A stretch of DNA of 50,720 nucleotides from Candidatus Nanoanaerosalina halalkaliphila (GTDB lineage: Archaea > Nanohalarchaeota > Nanosalinia > Nanosalinales > Nanoanaerosalinaceae), in the NCBI GenBank assembly GCA_022729335.1, contig JALDAE010000002.1, positions 1 through 50,720 of the forward strand, in the 5' to 3' direction. The notes beneath the pieces are model-generated. The model had not been told where the DNA came from. It saw only the letters and a program-made list of their open reading frames with translations, and did not search any database. A program made the translations under genes and the position numbers. Of the stretch, positions 1 through 9,162 are shown in pieces. Each line of letters begins with the position of its first letter. Positions within the stretch are counted from its first letter, which is position 1.

Positions 1-66
1 AAATAGAAATTGATGATCCCTCGAGATAGTTGAAACTTGAAATATTCTTCTGTACCTATAATCAGA

Positions 67-176
67 ACTAGAGAGCTCAAAAACCACAAAAATTGTAGTT
101 TCAACGCCTCTAGTAAACAAAATACCAAACTAGAGGGCCTAATAATACAAAATTACTTTACTAGAGCGCCTCTAGT
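67..176. repeat. ACTAGAG / CTCTAGT inverted-repeat pairs arranged with about 62-nt periodicity
   Basis: ACTAGAG at 67-73, 129-135 and 160-166; its complement CTCTAGT at 108-114 and 170-176. 160-176 is a 7-bp stem with a 3-nt loop (ACTAGAG-cgc-CTCTAGT). Units 61-122 and 123-184 align at about 35 of 62 positions by my hand count, with conserved blocks AACTAGAGnGC and CGCCTCTAGT. Lies in non-coding DNA 3' of the GT4 gene. Confidence 0.5.
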
Positions 177-207
177 CCGAAAAATAACAAGGGAGAAACA
201 GCAGCCA

Positions 208-1338
208 TCAGTTTTCCACAACTTCATTTATTCTTTTGTCCATCTTTTCAGCGAACTTCTCCCATGTGAACTCCTTCGCTCTTTCCCTAGAATTCTTGCA
301 CATGTCCTTGTACATCTTCGTGTTTCCAACAAGTTCCGACATCTTCGAACCTATTTCCTCAGGTTCGGATTCAACCAGAAACCCTGTGTCCCAGTTCTCA
401 ACGCTTTCAGAAGGCCCTCCCTCGTCAACAGCTACAACGGGTTTTCCTGATGCCATCGCCTCCACAGGTACAATTCCCCAGTCCTCGTTCTTTGCGGTGA
501 ACAAAACCGCTGTGCACCTGCTGTACAGATCCACCATCTCGCTGTCACTTACATCTGTTTTTATCTCCACTTTGTCGGATGAAATATTCCTAAGCTCTTC
601 AACGTATTTTTTATCGTCGGGGAAACCGGCAAGTACAAGCCTGTAGTCTTCTTCAACTTTCTCGGAGAACTTTTCGAAAGCCTTCACAGCCAGGTCCTGT
701 CTCTTGTACCTTTTGAACCTGCTCGGGTAGAAGAAGAACTTCTCTTCCTCTTTTGACTTGAACCTGGACAGGTCGGCTCCAGGGTGAACCACTTCTTTTT
801 CCGCTTTTTCGGCAAGGTCCGCTCTCCGAATGTTTTCAGCAGTGTTCTGACTGTTCGCGAAAACATAATCAAAGTTTTTCCAGGCTTTTTTCTCCAGAAA
901 GCGGTAGACAGAGGCTGCGAAGGAGAAGAAAATGTTTTTCGGGAATCCGTACTGTTCTCTGTAGTGGCTGTGGAACTGGTGCGCAGCCCTCAAAGGTGTG
1001 TGGCAGTAACAGATAACAGGTTTTTCGTGGTTTCTGAACGTTATGAAGCTGCCCAGGCCTGCTTCGGACACCAGCAAAACATCATAATCGTCCAAATCAA
1101 GCTTCCCGGATATAATCCGTGGTGCTGTAAACGCTCCTCTTTTGAGAAATCCTTCGGGAACTGTTTTGTCTGTAAGCTTTTTCACTTCCACGTCGTACTC
1201 TTCAAAGCTCTCCGAAAGATAGTGTGTTACAAGCGTAACTTCGTGTGTGGATCTCTCCGCATATTCGAGCATCAGCCTCTCGATACCTCCCTTGGACTTC
1301 ATCCACGGCTGGTAAAAAAGAACCTTCATTTTTTCCAC
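208..1338 (-). CDS. Glycosyltransferase, GT4-like (GT-B fold)
   Basis: 376-aa ORF. N-terminal KSKGGIERL glycine motif and C-terminal EDWGIVPVEAMASGKPVVAVDEGGPSE (E-x7-E type nucleotide-sugar binding motif). The track start at 1338 is GTG; ATG at 1329 (MKVLFYQ) is equally plausible. Confidence 0.8.
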   Translation of the reverse strand: MEKMKVLFYQPWMKSKGGIERLMLEYAERSTHEVTLVTHYLSESFEEYDVEVKKLTDKTVPEGFLKRGAFTAPRIISGKLDLDDYDVLLVSEAGLGSFITFRNHEKPVICYCHTPLRAAHQFHSHYREQYGFPKNIFFSFAASVYRFLEKKAWKNFDYVFANSQNTAENIRRADLAEKAEKEVVHPGADLSRFKSKEEEKFFFYPSRFKRYKRQDLAVKAFEKFSEKVEEDYRLVLAGFPDDKKYVEELRNISSDKVEIKTDVSDSEMVDLYSRCTAVLFTAKNEDWGIVPVEAMASGKPVVAVDEGGPSESVENWDTGFLVESEPEEIGSKMSELVGNTKMYKDMCKNSRERAKEFTWEKFAEKMDKRINEVVEN

Positions 1339-1398
1339 ACGGAGAATTCTTTGTGAACATCTGTATTAAATCCTTTGAAAGAAAGATTTTTTGGAAAC

Positions 1399-1983
1399 TC
1401 AAAGGTGTTTCACTTCGTTGTACACCACCTCCAGATCCTCTAGTTCCCTGTAGTCAGAGATGTCTTCTTTTTCAAGTATGTCGGCCAGCATGGGCCAGTT
1501 CAGTCCCTTAAGCTCCCATTCCAGTTTTTCCCCGTTCTTGAAGGTTGATGCACCCCATTTCTCGGTTATTCCCGATGGACACCTGAATACCTCGGTTCCT
1601 TCTCTGTACGGTTCGATGTCCAGATATTTCTCGGTTGTGTCGACCACTTTTTCGAACTGGTGCACCATTTCCTGCTCCCCGTTTGAATAGGATCTTGCCA
1701 GGGTCGAGTAGAGTTTGACAGGTATGTCTTTTTCTTCGAAAAGCTCTCCAAAAGTTTTTTTCTCTCTTTCAACCTCCAGAAGTTCTTTTCCATGGTTTTC
1801 GAGCAGTTTTTCTGCCTTTTGTTCCGAGATCAATACATCTATCTCGTTTTTTCCGTTGAGTATGACATAGTTCGACAGAAAGTATCCCTGATCCGAGATT
1901 TCGTCGTACCCCATGAAGTTTTTCTCCAGTTCAAGGTCCTCTCCCAAATTTTTCTCCTGCATCTTCGTCCGATCCCTGTACAT
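1399..1983 (-). CDS. Hypothetical acidic protein
   Basis: 194-aa ATG-initiated ORF, same strand as the downstream GT4 gene with a 60-nt spacer. E/D-rich composition like the rest of the window; no motif recognised. Confidence 0.45.
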   Translation of the reverse strand: MYRDRTKMQEKNLGEDLELEKNFMGYDEISDQGYFLSNYVILNGKNEIDVLISEQKAEKLLENHGKELLEVEREKKTFGELFEEKDIPVKLYSTLARSYSNGEQEMVHQFEKVVDTTEKYLDIEPYREGTEVFRCPSGITEKWGASTFKNGEKLEWELKGLNWPMLADILEKEDISDYRELEDLEVVYNEVKHL

Positions 1984-2129
1984 CGTAATACATCGTAATA
2001 CGTTTGGCCGGTATTTAAAAGTTTCCGAAAAACCTCTTTTCCAGAAACCCTTTCGAGCAAAAAAATTAACTATGGGGACTACTATGAAAACCGTTTCATG
2101 GAACCTGTAAAAGGGAAATTTGAGGACAG

Positions 2130-2154
2130 TTATTAAAAATCGGGTTTCAACCCG
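2130..2154 (+). promoter_or_regulatory. TATA-like box followed by the 14-nt palindrome CGGGTTtcAACCCG, immediately upstream of the 1247-aa gene
   Basis: TTATTAAAAAT at 2130-2140 sits about 25-30 nt before the ATG at 2163, which implies a leaderless or near-leaderless mRNA. The perfect inverted repeat CGGGTT/AACCCG (2141-2146 / 2149-2154) lies between the box and the start codon. Confidence 0.35.
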
Positions 2155-2162
2155 GTTATCCC

Positions 2163-5100
2163 ATGTCCCTCAAGCCAACAATCCTTGTACTGCTACTTGT
2201 GCTGCTGTCCGCAAACACGGTTTCAACCACTTTGACATACTCCTCGGAGGAAGAAGGGTTCGTTGAATCCCTTGAAAAAGAAGAAAACGCGGATATTTAC
2301 AGGGATGCAGGTGTGCTGGAGCTTGATCTTCCGGAATACGACGACTGGAAGAGCCTGGAGTTCTCCATAAAAGTGGTCGATGGACCCGGAACATACGTGC
2401 ATCTGGACGGCAGTTTCCTGAACAGGTTTTTCCTTGAAACGGAGCACCAGACCTACATGGTTCTGGACAGTGCGCATCCCTTCAGAAACAGCTACAGCAG
2501 GCTGGAGGAAACCGACTACGATCTTGAAGAGGGATGGTACCGGGTAAACCTCGAGAAAACAGGTAACTGGACCGGAACCATGAAAGTGGAGGATCTTGAA
2601 ACCGGTGAAGAAGAAAAAAACATGGAGGGCAACAAAATAAAGGACGACTACATCTTCAACGTGTTCTACGACAAGCCAGGCAGTTTCACGCCGTCAACCC
2701 TGTACCTTTACCAGGGAACAGGAGGAAAAAGGTTCAGAAACGTTTCGTTCACCTTTGAAAAAGAGGTTGACCCGGCACCCGACAACTCAAAGATACTTGT
2801 TGAGCCCTCGCCGGAAAAGGCATTGCTGGCATCAACAACGAAACAGGATTTCACGGTCACTGAAAAAATAGACAGGGATGAAAAACACCTGGAAAACTAC
2901 ACCGAGGTCTACACCCTCGGAGATGTGGATACAGGCGAAATCGAAACAACCGAGATAAAGAAAGAGGATGTTCTACCTGTTTTCTTCCCGGAAAAAGAGG
3001 AATACATCAGGTTAGGGGAGAACAGGTCCGAAAACCTTTTCAGAGCAAGGTACGCTATGGAGAAAGGACTCCCGGTCAGCTACAAAGAAGAAGACCTGGA
3101 ACAGAAACAGCCGGACAGAAACGAGATACAGGGTTTTATACGGAATGAAAGCGGCGGCCATGCGGTGATCGTGGATTCCTCGTCGGAAAGCTCTGTTCTT
3201 TCCCCTGTTTACTCGAAAAAAGTTGATGCGTCGATGTTGGTTCTTGACTCGGATGAAACTCTGAATGCTGATAGGAAGTTCAGGGAAAAACTCAAGAGCT
3301 GGTACAGGGATGAGAGTACTGAGCCGTCTCCGGAAAGACTTGTCGAGGGTTTGTACGTTACAAACTTCGGCGCACCCATGAAAGAAATCGAGGATCCTAT
3401 AGAGGCCGAAAGAAACGTTTTATACAGCGATGAAATAGACAACGAAACAATTTACACCGACAGTCATTTGACAGACCTTGACTCGGACGGTTTCGCCGAT
3501 GTAAACTACGGAAGGCTTCCAGAAGACATTGAAAAAGCACAAGACATTCTGAAAACCGAGAAAAATGGAGACAAAAGCGCTCTAGTGGCTGCTCAGTACA
3601 TGCATGAGACGAAACCCGGTGTCGTGGCGAACCTTGGAGGAGGACTGACATACGGCCTCAACAACATGATAGAGCTGGAAAACCAGCGAATAGATACAGA
3701 ACTACTGGTTGAAAACCGTACCAGCTACCAGGATATCGGGGACGCAACAAGAGGTTTGATTACTTCTTTGAAGGATGTGCCGGACCCCGTGAAAATAAAA
3801 GAAGATTTCGAACAGCTTTACGTCTACGCGAAGCAGGGAAGGTTCCAGGAAGTATTCAGAAAAGTCGTGGAGGATCCTGGCAGAGTTGCAAAGATCGTGG
3901 AAAAAACAGTCGGTGTCCTGGAGGGAGAAGACGGTTTTATCGATGAAGGGTTGTCCGACAACTTGCCCCTGACGGAGATGGCAGGAGCCGTCAAAACCGC
4001 AGATAGAGGAGCCGAACTTCTAATGACAGGGCTGGAGTACCGGCCGGACTACGACCAGGAAAAATTCGGGGAGTTCGTGGAGGCGCTGGAGGAAAACAGG
4101 GGTTACCGGAAAGTTGAGGAAAAATTCCTGGATTCTTTCATCGCTCCTAGAGAGCCTCTCAAAGGAAAAAACTTGGGTAATATATCTGAGAAGTCCAAGG
4201 CGATATACATAGGCGAGGGTAACGGAACCCACTGGCATCTTCCGGATGGAGACTTCCGGCCAGCCGGTTTCGATGGTTTTTTGATCGATACCTCGCCCAT
4301 AGCCGGGAGACCGGGCTCCGAACTACTTGAAAAAACTCTGGAAAACGGTTCGAAAGGATTCCTCGGTTTCACAGGGAATACTTACTACCACTACACGCAG
4401 GAACTTGTTCAGAGGTTTTTGAGAAGAGGTTACCGGACCGGTTCAGCATACAGAAAATCTCTGAACAGTTACAAAAGAGACAGCTGGACCTTTGATCCCG
4501 AAAACGCTGCGTTTCTCAACGCTTACTGGAGGTCAAGGGCCAGGAAGAACAAGACCCTGAAATCTTTCTTGCATTACGGGTTACCGGAAACAGTGAAGGA
4601 TCCTGTCGCGGAAATCCCTCCCGAACCAGAAAAAAAGTGTGTAGAAGGTTTTTGCCGTTACAGCTGGACCGAAGAAGTGGAGCACAGTTTCAAGGAGAAT
4701 TTCCTGGTTTTTGAGGACGTGGAGACATTTAAAGAGCCGGAGATGCCCGAGGTGTTCTTCAAGAAGTTCTCAAGGACTTTTCCAGCGGATGCAAGGATAA
4801 AGGAAATCGATCTTGTAAGAGAGGAGAAAGTTTTGGACATAAATTACGTGGAAAACGTGACGGAAACTGTTTTCCCCGCGGACGACAAACAGCTGGAAAA
4901 CCAGAGCTTTCCGGACGGCAGAAAAGAGCTTACTGTGAAGGTGCCTGTCCTCAGGAATTACAGGGGAGAAACAAGGGTCACGGAAAAAATCGATCTCAAC
5001 ATCGAAACAGAGCAAAACACCTCTCTATCCGTCGATGCTGGCAGGGAATCCGTTTCTGTAAATCTGAATGTCTCGGAGAAACAGGGAGGGAAAGTTGTTT

Positions 5101-5906
5101 TGACACAGGGAAACAGGACGGACAGAAAGAAAAAGGTCAGGGAAGTTGAACCGAGGAAAGGCAGGAATTCCCTGGTATTCGAAAGCCTTGAAGGGTTTGA
5201 CAGGTACGATGCAGAGGCTTACTTCATCGGCGAAAATGTTCTAGGGCCTGTGAAAGACAGCTACGAACCGAAAAACAAGGACCAAAGGGAACTAGATGTT
5301 AAGGCGGGAGAGGAATTCGAAATACGTGTTCCGGGCGACCTTGACGAGAGACCCGAACTGAGTACGTCCGAAGGTGTTCAGACAGGTTTTCTTGAGAACA
5401 GTACTCCTTCAGCCAACGAAAACCTTGTTTTTACAGGTATTGCTCCGGGAAAACAAAAAGTCGAGCTGGAAACGGAGAACAGGAAAAAAGTTGTGCATGT
5501 CCGGGTCGAGGGAGCAGAAACATCTAGATACAGGGAAAAAAGCAACGGTTCTTACCTGGAAAAACAAACACGTTTCGACAGGTTCATCCACAACAGTTCG
5601 AAAGATACAGAGGTTTTCAGCTACAGTAACGACGATGGAAAACTGGATATCGTGAAAAACCACAGTGAAATACGCATGGAACTATCCATGCCGGATTTAA
5701 AAGCTGAAAAAATTTGGAGAAGCGGAGAAAAAACCGAGAAAATCTTTGAACCAGGAGGATACCTTGTAAGAAATTTTGAGAACGGGGAGAAGACTTCAAT
5801 AGGTCAGGGTATAGATGAAAGCGTTCTTGATCTTTATATGGAGTTGATGGAGGAGGAGATGGATAAACTGATGGAAAGAAAAGATGTTTTGAGATCTGGT
5901 TCATGA
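2163..5906 (+). CDS. Large secreted cell-surface protein, S-layer-like glycoprotein candidate, function unknown
   Basis: 1247-aa ORF. N-terminal signal-like segment MSLKPTILVLLLVLLSANTVSTT. About 20 N-x-S/T sequons counted by eye (NWT, NVS, NYT, NRS, NES, NET, NRT, NIS, NGT, NGS, NKT, NVT, NQS, NTS and others). C-terminal third has Ig-like beta-strand patterns, for example LVFTGIAPGKQKVELETENRKKVVHVRVEG. No C-terminal TM segment. Confidence 0.7.
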   Translation: MSLKPTILVLLLVLLSANTVSTTLTYSSEEEGFVESLEKEENADIYRDAGVLELDLPEYDDWKSLEFSIKVVDGPGTYVHLDGSFLNRFFLETEHQTYMVLDSAHPFRNSYSRLEETDYDLEEGWYRVNLEKTGNWTGTMKVEDLETGEEEKNMEGNKIKDDYIFNVFYDKPGSFTPSTLYLYQGTGGKRFRNVSFTFEKEVDPAPDNSKILVEPSPEKALLASTTKQDFTVTEKIDRDEKHLENYTEVYTLGDVDTGEIETTEIKKEDVLPVFFPEKEEYIRLGENRSENLFRARYAMEKGLPVSYKEEDLEQKQPDRNEIQGFIRNESGGHAVIVDSSSESSVLSPVYSKKVDASMLVLDSDETLNADRKFREKLKSWYRDESTEPSPERLVEGLYVTNFGAPMKEIEDPIEAERNVLYSDEIDNETIYTDSHLTDLDSDGFADVNYGRLPEDIEKAQDILKTEKNGDKSALVAAQYMHETKPGVVANLGGGLTYGLNNMIELENQRIDTELLVENRTSYQDIGDATRGLITSLKDVPDPVKIKEDFEQLYVYAKQGRFQEVFRKVVEDPGRVAKIVEKTVGVLEGEDGFIDEGLSDNLPLTEMAGAVKTADRGAELLMTGLEYRPDYDQEKFGEFVEALEENRGYRKVEEKFLDSFIAPREPLKGKNLGNISEKSKAIYIGEGNGTHWHLPDGDFRPAGFDGFLIDTSPIAGRPGSELLEKTLENGSKGFLGFTGNTYYHYTQELVQRFLRRGYRTGSAYRKSLNSYKRDSWTFDPENAAFLNAYWRSRARKNKTLKSFLHYGLPETVKDPVAEIPPEPEKKCVEGFCRYSWTEEVEHSFKENFLVFEDVETFKEPEMPEVFFKKFSRTFPADARIKEIDLVREEKVLDINYVENVTETVFPADDKQLENQSFPDGRKELTVKVPVLRNYRGETRVTEKIDLNIETEQNTSLSVDAGRESVSVNLNVSEKQGGKVVLTQGNRTDRKKKVREVEPRKGRNSLVFESLEGFDRYDAEAYFIGENVLGPVKDSYEPKNKDQRELDVKAGEEFEIRVPGDLDERPELSTSEGVQTGFLENSTPSANENLVFTGIAPGKQKVELETENRKKVVHVRVEGAETSRYREKSNGSYLEKQTRFDRFIHNSSKDTEVFSYSNDDGKLDIVKNHSEIRMELSMPDLKAEKIWRSGEKTEKIFEPGGYLVRNFENGEKTSIGQGIDESVLDLYMELMEEEMDKLMERKDVLRSGS

Positions 5907-5919
5907 AGAGGTGTCATAC

Positions 5920-6765
5920 ATGAAAGTAGGAAATTTCTTGATGCTGGCTGTGATAGCGGCCAGTCTGGCGATACTTCCGATTGCGTCGGCAAACCTGCAC
6001 GAAGAATTCGACGAGGCAGACAATGAAGAAATAGATCCACCGGAAAACGGTGTGATGGCTGATAACAGCGTGGAAAAAACATCTCTGGGAGGTAACATGT
6101 ACGAAAAAACAGTTGAAACAATGCACGGAGAGTTTTCGGTCAGGGAAAAAGGCCCAGAAACAGAAAAAGTGCTTGAAAGCTCGGGGAAAACCTACCGGTC
6201 CACCGAATCAAACGGAAAAGTCACTGAGGAGCTAGTAACACCGCGCTACAGTTATACAAAAACAAGAAACGGAGGGCAGGAAGAGGAAAGATGCGAAACT
6301 CCTGAAGGAACATACACAATTTCCAGGGAAAAAGGCAGTTTCAACGAGTTTTTCGACGGTATAGAAAGAGAAAAAGCGGAGGAAAAATGCATGGATGCTT
6401 ACGAAAAACTTGAAGAGGAAAGGCAGAACGCAATCCAGATTTCAAGAGATATAGGGCTTGTGGAAGACGAACTGGAGATAATCGATCTTAACTACACCGC
6501 GGAGTATCTGGAGATAGAGAACACAGGGATCACAATCGTTGAGCTCGATGGCTGGAAAGTGGAAGACGACTCCAGCCTCTCTCACACCTTTGAGAAAGGA
6601 GTTCTGGAACCTGGAGAGACAGCTGTGCTGAAATCTGGCGACCTGTACGATGAGTGCGAGGAGTTCTGCTGGACCTCTGCCAACAGGTGGGCCCAGTCAG
6701 GTGACAAGGCGCATCTGATAAACACGGAGAGCGAAACAGTCGACACTTACAGTTACGGGGGTTGA
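5920..6765 (+). CDS. Secreted protein with C-terminal lamin-tail-domain (LTD)-like module
   Basis: The track ORF starts at GTG 5911. ATG at 5920 is preceded by GAGGTG (5908-5913) and gives the signal peptide MKVGNFLMLAVIAASLAILPIASA. The C-terminus EYLEIENTGITIVELDGWKVEDDSSLSHTFEKGVLEPGETAVLKSG ... SGDKAHLINTESETVDTYSYG matches the LTD pattern (E-hydrophobic-E-hydrophobic-x-N ... L-x-GW-x-hydrophobic ... PGE ... GD-x-hydrophobic-x-L). Confidence 0.6.
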   Translation: MKVGNFLMLAVIAASLAILPIASANLHEEFDEADNEEIDPPENGVMADNSVEKTSLGGNMYEKTVETMHGEFSVREKGPETEKVLESSGKTYRSTESNGKVTEELVTPRYSYTKTRNGGQEEERCETPEGTYTISREKGSFNEFFDGIEREKAEEKCMDAYEKLEEERQNAIQISRDIGLVEDELEIIDLNYTAEYLEIENTGITIVELDGWKVEDDSSLSHTFEKGVLEPGETAVLKSGDLYDECEEFCWTSANRWAQSGDKAHLINTESETVDTYSYGG

Positions 6766-6802
6766 GAGACCTCCTTTTTTCCTTTATTTTTGAGGTGTAA
6801 AT

Positions 6803-7195
6803 ATGAGGAAGACCGCAAAAACAACGCTTGTGACGGGTTTTGGTTTCTCCATAACCGCAACTCTGTTGCTTTCAAGGTACGGAACTTCTTACGAGACGGT
6901 GACCGGGACACTTTACCTCTACGGATTTGTCTGTCTTGCAGGAGGTGTCATAGGGTATAGACATGCTTTCCTCAGGTACTGCAGGAACAGGAGTAATGCA
7001 GATATATGGGAAGTGCTGGGAGTCAAAAAATTGTTTCAGGCGTTCAAAACAAATCAATGGTTTGTAAAAACGGTTTCTGTAAGTAGAAAAGCCAAGAAGT
7101 TGGAGATTAATCAAAAACTTGTGTCTTTAAGGGACGAAAAAGGCATAGGGATTTCCTATCCAAGAAAAGCTGTTGTCGAGATCAGGCCTGCCTGA
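6803..7195 (+). CDS. Small basic membrane protein (two predicted TM helices), unknown function
   Basis: 130-aa ORF with GAGGTG 6 nt upstream of the ATG. Hydrophobic segments TLVTGFGFSITATLLL and LYLYGFVCLAGGVIGY, followed by a K/R-rich tail. Same strand and tightly spaced after the two secreted-protein genes. Confidence 0.5.
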   Translation: MRKTAKTTLVTGFGFSITATLLLSRYGTSYETVTGTLYLYGFVCLAGGVIGYRHAFLRYCRNRSNADIWEVLGVKKLFQAFKTNQWFVKTVSVSRKAKKLEINQKLVSLRDEKGIGISYPRKAVVEIRPA

Positions 7196-7197
7196 AC

Positions 7198-9162
7198 CTA
7201 TCTCATTTCCTTTATCTCGCATTTGCCGGGTGGAAGAGCTCTCATGATCATATCAAGGTCGTAGTCATCACCTGTTTTTTTGTGGAGATGTCTCTGAATC
7301 TTTTTTCCGATATCAGATTTTTTGCCTCTTCCCTGGGATACCTCGACGAAGTTATCGCAGTTCGAACTAACAGCTGAAACAGGTCCTCCCATGGGCACAA
7401 CTCCGTCATCTCTCTCATAGCTTCCTACAGCTGCCGAAACCCTGACGTTCTTCATGTAATCTCTCTCACCTCTTATAACGAAGGCGCCCTTGCCCAGGTA
7501 CTCGCCCGACTCCGGATCCTTTGTCACCTGTTCCGGGGCTACGTGGTAGGCATCATCGCCTCCAACACCTATTTTCCAGGCTTTTGAATAGGAAATTGCT
7601 AGCTGAGCGGCCTCTTCAAGTGTTTTATCGGGTATGTCCTTGTTTTCGGGGTTCTTGACCACTACCGAGGGAGCGCCGTCGAAATCAGCGTGGACGTACC
7701 TGTCGTTGTTCTCCATGTGTTTCTTCACAAGGACCTCGTTGGAAGTCTTGTCCATGCCTCCGACAACCAGGAAACCATCGGAGGAAAAGAACCACCTGAA
7801 CTTCTGGTACCATTTCTTCTTTTTCCTTTTCTCTTCCTTGTTCTTGAAAGCATCCGAAACATCGATATCTTCCTTGTTTTTCTCAAGTTCCTCCAGTTTT
7901 CTCTCTGTTTCTTCAAGTGCTTTCCTCGCTCCTTCAAGCTTATCCTTTGACTTCTTGTACTTCTCGTAGTACTTTTCGGCGTTCTTCTCCACGGACATTT
8001 CGACATCTATGACCGCGTTGTGCTCTCCCAGATCAACAACTACCTGTGACATCCCGTCCCTGATGTCCTCGATCACCTGGGCCTCCCTCACACCTTCGGC
8101 TTTTTCCCCGGAAAGTTTTTCCCGGACTTCTGTCTCCGTATAATTCTTCCTGGCTTTTCTTATGGTATCTATTATGCTCTCGATGGTTCCGTAGTTCTCA
8201 TAGATAACGTCGCCTATCTCTTTTTTCTCCTCAAGGGACTCCTCCATCCCCTTTATTTTCTGCTTCTGCTGCTTTTTCATACCCTCCAGCTTGTGCTTCT
8301 TCTTCCTGTAGGCCTCTCTTTTCTGCCTTCTGTACTCCGCTTTCTGTCTCTCCGTGAAATAAGTGTCTAAAGCCTTTGAAAAAGTTTCGAAGTTCTTCTT
8401 ATCCAGGCCCTCGTACTTCTCCATCGGTATAGGAGCAACATCGGCGGGGTCACCTCTCTCGTCGTAGTAAATCCTTGGTTTTAGCCTTCCGGAGGACATC
8501 TGCGCCACGATATCGTTCATTTTCATGTAGATGTTGCGAAGGGTTTTTTCATCCAGACCGTCGGATCTCTCGGATTTTTCGGTTCCTGCCCTCTCCAGTA
8601 TCTCTTCCGCGTAAACACCTCCAAGACCTATGTCGGAAGCCAGAACCTTCACTATCTGCTTGGAGGACACGAAGTTCTTTAGACCGTCTAAATCTCTTGG
8701 ATCCGCATCCGAGGCAGGAGGCACATACTCCTCTCCCCTGTAAATTTTTCGATCGCTCCACTCCTGGGCGTCAAGAGCCTGCAAAATAACGTTTCCTTCT
8801 TTTTTAACCAGCACGTAGTTCCCCTTTCCGAAAAGTTCGGCGACCAGTTTCTTGTCCTCCGTGTGGAACTCTACAACCCTGTCCATTTTTCTCTGCTTGA
8901 TCTCGGTAATAACAGAACCTGAAAGATGTTTTCTGAGTGTCATGCAGAAGCTGGGAGGTCTCTCAGGATTATCTCTCTTGTAAGAAGTTATGAATGCTTT
9001 TCCAGGAGCCAGAAATATCCTGTACTTTTTGTCACCGGGATTGTAGACATGTATAGTCAGGTCTCTGTCTCTCTGGTATATCTTGTCGATTCTTGCACCC
9101 TCAAGCTTTTTCAGCTCGTTCATCAGTGCCAGAAAATCCAGGCTGGTCAGTTCGTCTCTCAT
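7198..9162 (-). CDS. NFACT-family protein (archaeal Rqc2/RqcH / FbpA-like ribosome quality control factor)
   Basis: 654 aa. NFACT-N-like N-terminus (LTSLDFLALMNELKKLEGARIDKIYQ), central coiled coil, and an NFACT-R/DUF814-like segment WFFSSDGFLVVGGMDKTSNEVLVKKHMENNDRYVHADFDGAPSVVVK. Confidence 0.8.
   Translation of the reverse strand: MRDELTSLDFLALMNELKKLEGARIDKIYQRDRDLTIHVYNPGDKKYRIFLAPGKAFITSYKRDNPERPPSFCMTLRKHLSGSVITEIKQRKMDRVVEFHTEDKKLVAELFGKGNYVLVKKEGNVILQALDAQEWSDRKIYRGEEYVPPASDADPRDLDGLKNFVSSKQIVKVLASDIGLGGVYAEEILERAGTEKSERSDGLDEKTLRNIYMKMNDIVAQMSSGRLKPRIYYDERGDPADVAPIPMEKYEGLDKKNFETFSKALDTYFTERQKAEYRRQKREAYRKKKHKLEGMKKQQKQKIKGMEESLEEKKEIGDVIYENYGTIESIIDTIRKARKNYTETEVREKLSGEKAEGVREAQVIEDIRDGMSQVVVDLGEHNAVIDVEMSVEKNAEKYYEKYKKSKDKLEGARKALEETERKLEELEKNKEDIDVSDAFKNKEEKRKKKKWYQKFRWFFSSDGFLVVGGMDKTSNEVLVKKHMENNDRYVHADFDGAPSVVVKNPENKDIPDKTLEEAAQLAISYSKAWKIGVGGDDAYHVAPEQVTKDPESGEYLGKGAFVIRGERDYMKNVRVSAAVGSYERDDGVVPMGGPVSAVSSNCDNFVEVSQGRGKKSDIGKKIQRHLHKKTGDDYDLDMIMRALPPGKCEIKEMR

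Noticed and set aside
37-450. 137-aa plus-strand ORF at the start of the window
   Set aside because: It starts with a non-ATG codon and has low-complexity, basic, Ser/Phe-rich composition unlike the acidic proteome. More than half of it overlaps the well-supported GT4 gene on the opposite strand. Its 5' part coincides with the ACTAGAG repeat region.
1981-2000. Perfect 10-nt tandem duplication CATCGTAATA x2 at the start codon of the 194-aa gene
   Set aside because: It is real in the sequence. The upstream copy gives an out-of-frame ATG, and a single short duplication is most simply replication slippage. There is no evidence of function.
3451-4320. Gingipain (peptidase C25)-like motif in the 1247-aa protein (SDGFADVNYGRLPED, later IYIGEGNGTHW and FLIDTSPIAGR)
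   Set aside because: The D-x-D-G...GRLP string resembles both C25 and FG-GAP patterns. The positions where a His/Cys catalytic dyad would be expected read Glu and Ser-Pro, and the spacing is about 200 aa longer than expected. At most it is a degenerate fold relative, so it was not called.
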